Notes under the pieces: generated by a model
The model's input: the letters and a program-made list of their open reading frames with translations, nothing else
The model's database searches: none
Told to the model about the DNA's origin: nothing
Part shown: positions 56,313 to 64,000 of the stretch, in pieces
Numbering within the stretch: the stretch's first letter is position 1
Layout: the number at the start of each line of letters is the position of its first letter
Program-made: the position numbers and the translations under genes
NCBI GenBank assembly: GCA_947451105.1
Contig: CANFXY010000002.1
Coordinates: 1,845-65,844 of the forward strand
Length of the DNA: 64,000 nucleotides
Reading direction: 5' to 3'
Origin: Bacteroidota bacterium
GTDB taxonomy: Bacteria > Bacteroidota > Bacteroidia > NS11-12g > UBA955

Positions 56313-57848
56313 ATGTTGAAATTAGATATTAAATTATTTGTACTGGCCTACTTAGCTTGTTTTTCACTTAAAGCTCAAAACGAAATCGATGTGGTAAGGT
56401 ATTCGATGCAAACCATTGGAAGCACAGCTAGGTCTTATGGTGTTGCAGGTGCATTTGGTGCAATTGGCGCGGATGCATCATGCGCAGGAATAAACCCTTC
56501 AGGTTTAGCTCGATTTCGCAATAGTTCAATTAATTTAAGTGCTGGTTTTTACAATGCTAAAAATAATGCTACATACATTGGTCAAACTTTTAACGATAAT
56601 AAATTCAATTTTAATATCCCTAATTTAGGTTTAATCGTTAACCTGCCAGCTGCTGATTATACCAACAAAAAACCTACTGGTTTCGTTAATTTTGTATTTG
56701 GATTTAATGTCAATCGATTAAACAACTATAACATGCGAAGTATCTTTTCTGCCAACAACAAGGAAAGTAGCATTACACAAGATTGGGCAGCAAGGGCAAA
56801 CAGTACCAACGATATACCTAGTAATTTTTCTAAATACTCACTCGAACATTTAGCTTACCAAACTTGGTTGCTTGATAAAGATACCTCTTCACCAACGCCA
56901 GCATACCTCTCAGCCTATGGCCGAAATCCGGCTATCAACGTCAACCAACAAGGTAATATACTAACTAAAGGCGCATTAAATGACTATAATGCAAGCTTTG
57001 CCGGCAACTACAGACACATCTTACTTTTTGGTATTTCCTTAGGTGCTAAAAGTGTTCGTTACATTCAAAGCAACAGTTTTAAGGAAAAAGATAACAAAGC
57101 AGTTGTTAAAAATAGTGAAGATATCGATTATGTAATTTTAGATCAATACCAAAGGACAAATGGTGTTGGACTTAACGCTAAATTTGGAGTCAACTTAGCT
57201 CCTAACGAATATGTTCGAATTGGTTATGCTTACCACTCTCCTACCATCTACAATTTAACAGATTCTTATAGCTATACAATCACATCTAAATTTGACTACC
57301 AAGCTAGAGATCAATTTGGTGACCTCAGAAACAGTTCAACTGCAACGACGGATGCTACGGTTTATAAATATAAAATATCAGTCCCAGGTAGACAGGTATT
57401 TAGTCTTGGATTGGTCAACAAAAACCTTGGCTTTCTTTCATTAGATATTGAATCCGTAAACTATAGTCAGTCATACCTTTATGCTAAAGATTATGCTTTT
57501 ACAGATGAGAATCTTAATTTAAAGAAATCCATGAACCCTAGTGTTATCAACCTACGATTAGGTGGTGAGTTGATTCAAGAGCAATTTCGACTTAGGGCAG
57601 GATATGCAAGGTATCCGTCAACATATAGAGAAGGAGTGGTTCCATACGTAAAAAGCCTAGTGAACAACATTTATACCCTCGGCTTGGGTATTAAAGAAAA
57701 AAGATATTCTTTTGATGTTGCATACGTAAACAGCGGTTATGCAAATTACTTTGTTCCCTACACGCTTCCAAATGGCATTTCATATGCGATAACCAATAAT
57801 GTTCGCTCAAGTAATTTAATTATTTCTGCTAGCTTTTTAATAGACTAA
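56313..57848 (+). CDS. FadL/TodX/PorV-superfamily outer-membrane beta-barrel protein
   Basis: Signal peptide; N-terminal hatch-like motif GSTARSYGVAGAFGAIGADASCAGINPSGLA resembles the FadL N-terminus; beta-strand periodicity throughout; 14-nt gap to the upstream gene. Confidence 0.5.
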   Translation: MLKLDIKLFVLAYLACFSLKAQNEIDVVRYSMQTIGSTARSYGVAGAFGAIGADASCAGINPSGLARFRNSSINLSAGFYNAKNNATYIGQTFNDNKFNFNIPNLGLIVNLPAADYTNKKPTGFVNFVFGFNVNRLNNYNMRSIFSANNKESSITQDWAARANSTNDIPSNFSKYSLEHLAYQTWLLDKDTSSPTPAYLSAYGRNPAINVNQQGNILTKGALNDYNASFAGNYRHILLFGISLGAKSVRYIQSNSFKEKDNKAVVKNSEDIDYVILDQYQRTNGVGLNAKFGVNLAPNEYVRIGYAYHSPTIYNLTDSYSYTITSKFDYQARDQFGDLRNSSTATTDATVYKYKISVPGRQVFSLGLVNKNLGFLSLDIESVNYSQSYLYAKDYAFTDENLNLKKSMNPSVINLRLGGELIQEQFRLRAGYARYPSTYREGVVPYVKSLVNNIYTLGLGIKEKRYSFDVAYVNSGYANYFVPYTLPNGISYAITNNVRSSNLIISASFLID

Positions 57849-57890
57849 ATTCTTAGCTGTCTAAAAATAGTGAGTTTCAGTAAGTTTTAG

Positions 57891-57898
57891 TATTTTTG
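57891..57898 (+). promoter_or_regulatory. candidate -7 box (TAnnTTTG)
   Basis: TATTTTTG followed by CAG; 8 nt before the ATG at 57907. Confidence 0.5.
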
Positions 57899-57906
57899 CA
57901 GGGTCC

Positions 57907-59079
57907 ATGAAACCTACCGATAAATACGCAGAAAGAGGCGTTTCCTCTCAAAAAGAAGACGTACATAAAGCAATAGCTCATATTGATAAAGGTCTATTCC
58001 CGCAAGCTTTTTGCAAAATTATCCCTGATGTTTTAGGAAATGATTCTGATTACTGCAATGTAATTCACGCTGACGGGGCTGGAACGAAAAGCAGTCTAGC
58101 ATATTTATATTGGAAAGAAACTGGAGATATATCCGTATGGCGCGGCATTGCCCAAGATGCAATTGTAATGAATATTGATGATTTACTTTGTGTTGGAATT
58201 ACTGACAACTTTTTACTTTCAAGCACCATTGGCAGAAATAAAAAAAGAATTCCAGGCGAAGTAATTGGCGAAATCATTAACGGAACAGAGGAATTTATTG
58301 AGTCTCTAAAAGAACATGGAATTAACATCATCAGTGGTGGTGGTGAAACCGCTGATGTTGGAGATCTAGTAAAAACCATAATAGTTGATAGCACTGTTAC
58401 AGCTAGGGCAAAGAGAAGTGATATCATATCTAACCATAACATTCAACACGGAGATGTAATAATTGGTTTAGCCTCAGACGGACAAGCAAATTACGAGAAG
58501 TACTACAATGGTGGCATGGGCAGCAATGGTTTAACAAGCGCTAGACATGATGTATTCGATAAAGAATACCGCAGCAAATACCCAGAATCTTTTGATGATC
58601 TTTTATCTCCTGAGCTTGCTTATACTGGAAATTTGAAACTAACCTCAGAGGTTTCAGGTATTAGCTTAGATGCAGGCAAAATGGTACTTTCGCCTACACG
58701 TACATATGCACCTATTATTAAGTCAATACTTGCCGAATTAAGAGACAATATTCATGGAATGGTGCATTGCACAGGTGGCGCTCAAACCAAAGTATTACAT
58801 TTTATTCAAGCGCCCTTACACATTATTAAAGACCAATTATTTCCAACGCCTGTTTTGTTTAAAACCATACAAGAACAAAGCGGAACGTCATGGGAAGAAA
58901 TGTATAAGGTGTTTAACATGGGACATAGACTTGAAATATATATTAAACCTGAATTTGCCGATCAAATAATAAAAATATCTGAGTCATTTGGCGTAGCCGC
59001 AAAAGTTATTGGAAGGGTTGAAAATTCAAGCCATAAACATGTTAGCATTATTGGTGAAAATGGCGAATTTGTTTACTAA
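57907..59079 (+). CDS. purM: phosphoribosylformylglycinamidine cyclo-ligase-like (AIR synthase family)
   Basis: HADGAGTKS motif; 390 aa Bacteroidota-type long PurM-like architecture. Confidence 0.7.
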   Translation: MKPTDKYAERGVSSQKEDVHKAIAHIDKGLFPQAFCKIIPDVLGNDSDYCNVIHADGAGTKSSLAYLYWKETGDISVWRGIAQDAIVMNIDDLLCVGITDNFLLSSTIGRNKKRIPGEVIGEIINGTEEFIESLKEHGINIISGGGETADVGDLVKTIIVDSTVTARAKRSDIISNHNIQHGDVIIGLASDGQANYEKYYNGGMGSNGLTSARHDVFDKEYRSKYPESFDDLLSPELAYTGNLKLTSEVSGISLDAGKMVLSPTRTYAPIIKSILAELRDNIHGMVHCTGGAQTKVLHFIQAPLHIIKDQLFPTPVLFKTIQEQSGTSWEEMYKVFNMGHRLEIYIKPEFADQIIKISESFGVAAKVIGRVENSSHKHVSIIGENGEFVY

Positions 59080-59135
59080 AGTTTTCCCATAAAATATATT
59101 GCTAAACTCTATATAAAATTATATTTTGATTCGTT

Positions 59136-59143
59136 TATTTTTG
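59136..59143 (+). promoter_or_regulatory. candidate -7 box (TAnnTTTG)
   Basis: TATTTTTG followed by CAG; 20 nt before the ATG at 59164. Confidence 0.5.
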
Positions 59144-59163
59144 CAGTCTCTTTACAGAAAATC

Positions 59164-60225
59164 ATGCAAAAATTACTTGGCTTAATATTATTACTACCCC
59201 TCACTTCATTTTCTCAATTAATTGATACCACTAAAAAGGAATCACACTTAGGTAATATATCACAATTGACATTTGGCGGTGATAATGCTGAGGCTTATTT
59301 TAGCTTTAACGGTTCATATCTTAGTTTTCAATCTAATAATTCTAAATGGGGATTAAAATGTGATCAGATCTTTTCAATGAACATCAAAAAGGCTAACAAA
59401 CAAAAAAGTTCTTATATGCCTCAACTTATTAGCACTGGAAAAGGTAGAACCACATGTTCATATTATATGCCCAATGACAAGGCAATATTATTTGCTAGTA
59501 CGCACCATTACATGGATACCTGCCCTGCAGTTGCTCCATATAATCCTAAAGCAAAATATGTTTGGCCAGTCTATCCGGAATTTGATGTGTTTGTTTCTAA
59601 TACCAAAGGCAAAATTTTACACCAACTTACAGACACTTTTGGCTATGATGCCGAAGCTACAGTTAGCCCCAAAGGCGATAAAATAGTATTTACAAGCACC
59701 AGAAGTGGCGATTTAGAGCTTTGGACCATGAATATCGATGGTTCAGGGTTAAAACAAATTACCACTGGTTTAGGATATGATGGGGGTGCATTTTTTTCAC
59801 CAGATGGCACAAAACTCGTTTTTAGAGCGTCAAGACCAAAGACTGAAGAGGAAGTTAAAGAATATAAAGAATTGCTTGTACAAGGCCTTGTAGCCCCTAC
59901 AAATATGGAAATTTATGTGTGCGATATAGATGGTAATAACTTGAAACAAATTACACATTTAGGTAAAGCCAATTGGGCCCCATTTTTTAGTCCAGATGGT
60001 AAAAAAATTATTTTCTCAAGCAACCACGCATCCCCTCGCGGCTATTCATTTCAATTGTATATGGTTAATTTGGATGGAACTAATTTGACTCAAATTACAA
60101 CTGAGAGTAACTTTAACGCATTTCCAATGTTTAGCCCAGATGGAAAGAAACTTGTTTGGAGCAGTAATAGAAATAATGGTGGTACAAGAGATACCAATTT
60201 ATTTATAGCAGACTGGATTGATTAA
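59164..60225 (+). CDS. TolB-like PD40/WD40-like beta-propeller repeat protein
   Basis: Signal peptide; repeated FSPDGKK/FSPDGTK/VSPKGDK blades. Confidence 0.7.
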   Translation: MQKLLGLILLLPLTSFSQLIDTTKKESHLGNISQLTFGGDNAEAYFSFNGSYLSFQSNNSKWGLKCDQIFSMNIKKANKQKSSYMPQLISTGKGRTTCSYYMPNDKAILFASTHHYMDTCPAVAPYNPKAKYVWPVYPEFDVFVSNTKGKILHQLTDTFGYDAEATVSPKGDKIVFTSTRSGDLELWTMNIDGSGLKQITTGLGYDGGAFFSPDGTKLVFRASRPKTEEEVKEYKELLVQGLVAPTNMEIYVCDIDGNNLKQITHLGKANWAPFFSPDGKKIIFSSNHASPRGYSFQLYMVNLDGTNLTQITTESNFNAFPMFSPDGKKLVWSSNRNNGGTRDTNLFIADWID

Positions 60226-60227
60226 AG

Positions 60228-61034
60228 CTAGTTTAAAGCCAATAATATCAATAAACCTGCAACTATCCGGTACCATCCAAAGGGTTTAAATCCGTATTTA
60301 TTTAATATGCCAACAAAGGTCTTAATGGCAATTAATGCTACAGTAAACGCAATTATATTTCCGGCGATAAATAATGTAATATTACTTGAGCTGGATAATA
60401 TCATTTCATATCCTTTCATCTCACCCAAAGGTAATTCCCAATTCTTTAAAAAGATTGAGTAGGCAGTTACAGCAAACATCGTTGGCACAGCTAAAAAGAA
60501 AGAGAACTCTGCAGCCAATTTTCTATCTAATTTCTGTTGCATACCCCCAATAATTGATGCAGCTGAACGGCTAACCCCTGGCATCATTGCCAAACATTGC
60601 CAAAAACCTACAGTAATTGCATTTTTATATGTTATTTGCTCATCAACCGTCTTCGTAGGACTCTGAAAAAATTTATCAATAAATAATAGAAATACGCCAC
60701 CTATAATCATAGCCATAGCAATTGGTATTGGCTTTTCTAAAACTGCCTCTATCTTATCGTCAAATAAATATCCGAGCACCAATGCTGGTATAACGGCAAA
60801 AGCCAATTTAAAATAAAACTTAAGATTGTTTAGATTAAAAAACTTCTCTCTATAAGCCACAACAACTGAGAGTATAGCACCAAATTGAATGGATACTTGA
60901 AACATTTTTACGAACTCATCCTTTTCTATACCAAGAAAAGAACTGGTAAAAATCATATGAGCTGTTGAGGAAACAGGCAAATATTCTGTTAATCCTTCTA
61001 TGACAGCTATTATAATAGCATCTATTAAATTCAC
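60228..61034 (-). CDS. uppP: undecaprenyl-diphosphate phosphatase
   Basis: LPVSSTAHM and PGVSRSA motifs; 8 TM. Confidence 0.9.
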   Translation of the reverse strand: MNLIDAIIIAVIEGLTEYLPVSSTAHMIFTSSFLGIEKDEFVKMFQVSIQFGAILSVVVAYREKFFNLNNLKFYFKLAFAVIPALVLGYLFDDKIEAVLEKPIPIAMAMIIGGVFLLFIDKFFQSPTKTVDEQITYKNAITVGFWQCLAMMPGVSRSAASIIGGMQQKLDRKLAAEFSFFLAVPTMFAVTAYSIFLKNWELPLGEMKGYEMILSSSSNITLFIAGNIIAFTVALIAIKTFVGILNKYGFKPFGWYRIVAGLLILLALN

Positions 61035-61309
61035 TTAGAATCTTCTTGAGCTTCTTGCGTTTTCGGTGTGTATAAAATTGAGAAAACGCCTAATCCGAAA
61101 CCTAATAAAACAATAATTGGAGCGACTGTAATTTTAATTGGAGCATCAAATGGCAAGTCTTTTCCACTTCCCATAACAATAAATCCTATTACTATTACCA
61201 ACACGCTAGCAATAAGAAGAATATAATTCTCCTTCTTGAATACCATAGTAGGTGCTGCTTTTTTCTCTGGCTGTTTAACGACGATTTTTGATTTATTTGG
61301 TGCTGCCAT
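61031..61309 (-). CDS. DUF3098-like small membrane protein
   Basis: 92 aa; two TM; FKKENYILLIASVLVIVIGFIVM; position between ftsX and uppP. Confidence 0.55.
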   Translation of the reverse strand: MAAPNKSKIVVKQPEKKAAPTMVFKKENYILLIASVLVIVIGFIVMGSGKDLPFDAPIKITVAPIIVLLGFGLGVFSILYTPKTQEAQEDSK

Positions 61310-61315
61310 ATTATT

Positions 61316-62194
61316 TTAATAAAGTTGATCTATTTTTAATTTTAAATATCTTTTGGTTGAGAAGAATACGCTTATCAATGAGATTAGTAGGGCCAAAACT
61401 AATAAAAATCCTGCTAAACTTGCATACTGAACAATAAATATTTGCCAGTTATTTTGTTGAAGATATGTTTCAACGATATAAACAATGCCTGATAACATCG
61501 AAATTGCCAGAAAAACAGATAATAATGCATAAATAGAATACATTCCTAAAAATGGTCTAATAATAAACCAATCTGAGGCGCCAACATATTGCATACTTTT
61601 AATGATAAATCGGCGTGCAAACATATTGATTCTAACTGTGCTATTAATGAGCGCAAGTGCTATAATTAAAAAAATAATAGCCAATGAAAGTAAAATGAAT
61701 TCAACGGTTTTAAAATTCTTATTGATCTGGGTTAAAAGATTTTTACCTAAATCATCCTTTGCATATTTTACATCATCGATGTTTGGCAACAATCTTAATT
61801 GTTTTTCAATTTGATCCATTTTGCCTTCCTCTGCATATTCAGCCTTAATGTTTAATTGCAAGGTATGTGGAATTGGGTTGTAGCCCAAAGTCTTTATAAA
61901 ATCATTTCCTAAACGTTTGATCTCTTTTCTAGCTGCAATTTCTCTATCAATAAATACAGTTGAATTTACAAACATTAACTTCTTAATTTGTCCTTCTATT
62001 TTTTTGGCCTCATCTGTTGTAGTTGAATCTGTGTAGAATACAAAAACCTCAAAATTCTGCTGATAAAACTGAGCTAGATGCTTAGCATATATAGAAACTA
62101 CCCCCAACAGACCAACAATAAATAAGACCAATGTCATACTAATAATTGTAGGCCAAAATGACGTTCGTTTTTTATATGTTTTTTCTTGTTTCAA
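61316..62194 (-). CDS. ftsX: cell-division FtsX-like permease
   Basis: 292 aa; TM1, periplasmic domain, then 3 C-terminal TM helices; TTG start. Confidence 0.7.
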   Translation of the reverse strand: MKQEKTYKKRTSFWPTIISMTLVLFIVGLLGVVSIYAKHLAQFYQQNFEVFVFYTDSTTTDEAKKIEGQIKKLMFVNSTVFIDREIAARKEIKRLGNDFIKTLGYNPIPHTLQLNIKAEYAEEGKMDQIEKQLRLLPNIDDVKYAKDDLGKNLLTQINKNFKTVEFILLSLAIIFLIIALALINSTVRINMFARRFIIKSMQYVGASDWFIIRPFLGMYSIYALLSVFLAISMLSGIVYIVETYLQQNNWQIFIVQYASLAGFLLVLALLISLISVFFSTKRYLKLKIDQLY

Positions 62195-62202
62195 ATCTTT
62201 GA

Positions 62203-62210
62203 CAAATTTA
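62203..62210 (-). promoter_or_regulatory. candidate -7 box (TAnnTTTG on minus strand)
   Basis: CAAATTTA equals TAAATTTG; 8 nt before the ftsX TTG. Confidence 0.45.
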
Positions 62211-62229
62211 GCAATATTTCTTAAATTGC

Positions 62230-63027
62230 CTATACAGCAACCGGCGCTTTAATTGCAGGGTGTGGATTATAGTTTTCTAACGTAAAATCTTCGTATTTAA
62301 AATCGAAAATTGATTCAACATTGCTGTTAATTTTCATCGTTGGATAGGCGTTTGAGGTTCTTGATAGCTGCAGTTCTACTTGTTCAAAATGATTCGTATA
62401 GATATGCGCATCTCCAAATGTATGAACAAAGTCGCCATATTTCAAACCGCAAACTTGGGCCAACATCATAGTTAACAAAGCATAAGAGGCTATATTAAAT
62501 GGAACACCTAAGAATATATCTGCACTTCTTTGATATAGTTGACAAGATAACTTTCCATCTGCGACGTAAAACTGAAACAAACAATGACAGGGAGCTAAAG
62601 CCATTTTCGGCAAATCAGAAGGATTCCATGCAGAAACAATCATACGGCGGCTGTCTGGATTTGACTTTAATGTTTTTACAATGTCACTTATTTGATCAAT
62701 TACTTGCCCATCAGGACTTGCCCAGCTTCTCCATTGTTTTCCATATACAGGACCTAAATTTCCCTGTTCATCAGCCCATTCGTCCCAAATGCTGACGCCA
62801 TTTTCTTTCAAATAAGCGGTGTTGGTCTCACCTTTTAAAAACCAAAGCAACTCATGTATAATCGATTTTAAATGTACCTTCTTAGTCGTTATCAATGGAA
62901 ATCCCTCATTAAGGTCAAATCTCATTTGATACCCAAAAACACTTTTTGTTCCAGTACCTGTGCGATCACTTTTAAGTGTGCCATTCTCATATACATACTT
63001 TAGAAAATTCTCATACTGATTAAGCAT
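62230..63027 (-). CDS. thyA: thymidylate synthase
   Basis: [19 protein letters not shown] (catalytic Cys), [19 protein letters not shown]; start moved to MLNQYENF because the -7 box lies in the longer ORF. Confidence 0.9.
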   Translation of the reverse strand: MLNQYENFLKYVYENGTLKSDRTGTGTKSVFGYQMRFDLNEGFPLITTKKVHLKSIIHELLWFLKGETNTAYLKENGVSIWDEWADEQGNLGPVYGKQWRSWASPDGQVIDQISDIVKTLKSNPDSRRMIVSAWNPSDLPKMALAPCHCLFQFYVADGKLSCQLYQRSADIFLGVPFNIASYALLTMMLAQVCGLKYGDFVHTFGDAHIYTNHFEQVELQLSRTSNAYPTMKINSNVESIFDFKYEDFTLENYNPHPAIKAPVAV

Positions 63028-63031
63028 GTAA

Positions 63032-63039
63032 CAAAAGTA
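63032..63039 (-). promoter_or_regulatory. candidate -7 box (TAnnTTTG on minus strand)
   Basis: CAAAAGTA equals TACTTTTG; 4 nt before the thyA ATG at 63027. Confidence 0.5.
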
Positions 63040-63093
63040 AGACAATTAGAAGTAAGCATATACACAGATTTTAAACCTTAAAAAAACTATAAA

Positions 63094-63117
63094 TAAAAAA
63101 TGCCCCTTGCGGGGCAT
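63094..63117 (-). terminator. rho-independent terminator
   Basis: ATGCCCC-ttgc-GGGGCAT with a 6-A run on the plus strand (U-run on the minus transcript); downstream of the 63138-63497 gene. Confidence 0.75.
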
Positions 63118-63137
63118 TCATATAATTTAATAATTGA

Positions 63138-63497
63138 TTACCAAAGTTGGTCCTTATAAAGTTCTGCAGAAGGTGTTCCTACGCGTTGGCAGTTCATCTC
63201 ATGGTCGGTATTCCAATACATTTTCCAATAAGTTTTGAATCCTCCAGCACTTGGAACAATTTCTAGCGTGTCAGAATTGTTTTTCCATTTCCAAGTTCCA
63301 GTATTGGCATAAATGCCGTTTCCTCTGAAATCGTGAATAATCGAACCACCTTTATTGTACCAAGCTTTTGTTGTTAATGTCGTCTTATTTAGTGTGTTTG
63401 CTGGATTAGAGTCATCTGACTTCTTGCAAGAACCAATAAATAGGGTAATTACAGGCAATGAAAGCCATAATAGTGATTTGAAAGTTTGCTTTTTCAT
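63138..63497 (-). CDS. small lipoprotein, lipocalin-like (paralog 1)
   Basis: Lipobox LFIGSC; GTWKWKNNSDTLEI...YWKMYWNTDHEMNC; paralogous to the next gene. Confidence 0.5.
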   Translation of the reverse strand: MKKQTFKSLLWLSLPVITLFIGSCKKSDDSNPANTLNKTTLTTKAWYNKGGSIIHDFRGNGIYANTGTWKWKNNSDTLEIVPSAGGFKTYWKMYWNTDHEMNCQRVGTPSAELYKDQLW

Positions 63498-63521
63498 TAA
63501 AATTTATAATTGTTGTAACGT

Positions 63522-63529
63522 CAAAAATA
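63522..63529 (-). promoter_or_regulatory. candidate -7 box (TAnnTTTG on minus strand)
   Basis: CAAAAATA equals TATTTTTG; 24 nt before the ATG at 63497. Confidence 0.4.
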
Positions 63530-63584
63530 AGCCCCACGATACAACAAAAAAAATTTTAGCTCTTTTATTAATTAACACTGATGT

Positions 63585-63965
63585 CTACCATGCGGCATCT
63601 TTGTACAATAATTTTGTGAATGTTCCCACTTTCTCACATTCCATTTCATTGCTGGTATTCCAATATACTTTCCAAAATGTTTCTGGATATCCAGATTGTG
63701 TAACAATTTGCAATGTATCAGAATTGTTTTTCCATTGCCAAGTTCCACCCATAGTTCCATATGCACCACCAGCCTTTAAATCATGCACAAAAGAACTGCC
63801 CTGACTATACCATTTTTTTGGCGCCAGCGTACTTTTGTTAAGAACCTTTGCTGGCGTCACATTGGTCCCTGAAGAATCGTCAGTCTTCTTGCTACAGGCT
63901 GAAATAAGAATAAGAAGGCTTAGAAATAAAATTGAATAAAAATTTCTTGTAAGATTGTTGTTCAT
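63585..63965 (-). CDS. small lipoprotein, lipocalin-like (paralog 2)
   Basis: Start moved to MNNNLTRNFYSILFLSLLILISAC (lipobox); GTWQWKNNSDTLQI...FWKVYWNTSNEMEC. Confidence 0.5.
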   Translation of the reverse strand: MNNNLTRNFYSILFLSLLILISACSKKTDDSSGTNVTPAKVLNKSTLAPKKWYSQGSSFVHDLKAGGAYGTMGGTWQWKNNSDTLQIVTQSGYPETFWKVYWNTSNEMECEKVGTFTKLLYKDAAW

Positions 63966-63979
63966 AAATGTTTTTTTAT

Positions 63980-63987
63980 CAAAATTA
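63980..63987 (-). promoter_or_regulatory. candidate -7 box (TAnnTTTG on minus strand)
   Basis: CAAAATTA equals TAATTTTG; 14 nt before the ATG at 63965; a second match (CAAAAATA) sits at 63993-64000. Confidence 0.35.
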
Positions 63988-64000
63988 CTAGTCAAAAATA

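Noticed and set aside
55801-56332. Four overlapping alternative-frame ORFs over the Tyr/Asn-rich gene, including a 152-aa plus-strand ORF
   Set aside because: They result from low-complexity codon composition. The chosen frame has a lipobox signal peptide, a promoter box, and a protein-level repeat encoded by different synonymous codons. The alternatives have no start context.
1-64000. Search by eye for tRNA, rRNA, CRISPR repeats, IS inverted repeats, integrase or transposase genes, phage or defence genes, and long direct repeats
   Set aside because: None was recognised. Every long ORF is accounted for by a housekeeping or envelope function or an orphan, and no spaced short repeats were seen. 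A computational scan (tRNAscan-SE, Infernal/Rfam, CRISPR finders, self-dotplot) would be needed to exclude small elements.

Overview
This is an AT-rich, gene-dense chromosomal segment. I call 58 protein-coding genes on both strands, with very little spacer DNA. It reads as core genome of a Bacteroidota bacterium, probably Flavobacteriia-like. Support for that placement: two large secreted proteins end in type IX secretion (T9SS) C-terminal sorting domains; many genes encode lipobox lipoproteins; ProRS is the archaeal/eukaryote-like type; start contexts are A-rich and lack Shine-Dalgarno sequences; about 30 intergenic TAnnTTTG -7 promoter boxes are present; and several gene strings are typical of the phylum (miaB / sigma-54 activator / lptE-like / TPR / secG; dut / nucleotidyltransferase / TPR / DUF4292-like / M23; ftsX / DUF3098-like / uppP). 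The content is mostly housekeeping: leuS, proS, tilS, miaB, hflX, thyA, dut, panB, thiL, a purM-like gene, gdh, psd, uppP, secG, ftsX, an Nfu-type Fe-S protein, glutathione peroxidase, an MsbA-like ABC exporter, prolyl oligopeptidase, an S41 protease and an OmpA/TSP3 protein. Four gene pairs overlap by one base as TAATG (9274, 10536, 18050, 42788), which suggests translational coupling. I saw no rRNA, tRNA, CRISPR array, transposase or integrase, phage genes, or recognisable defence or toxin modules. I do not find a convincing new multi-gene system. The most unusual items are: (1) a Tyr/Asn/Gly-rich prion-like lipoprotein immediately upstream of a FadL/PorV-type barrel (55420-57848); (2) a small secreted Lys/Cys-rich protein with a duplicated CCKKK motif (41769-42095); (3) an SDR / GT2 / GT-C trio resembling a reduced Arn or Ppm/Pmt pathway (12520-16318); (4) several uncharacterised genes around hflX (25323-30910); and (5) promoter architecture, where -7 boxes abut start codons (implying leaderless mRNAs) and three pairs of divergent promoters interlock. 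All motif coordinates were counted by eye and may be off by 1 nt.
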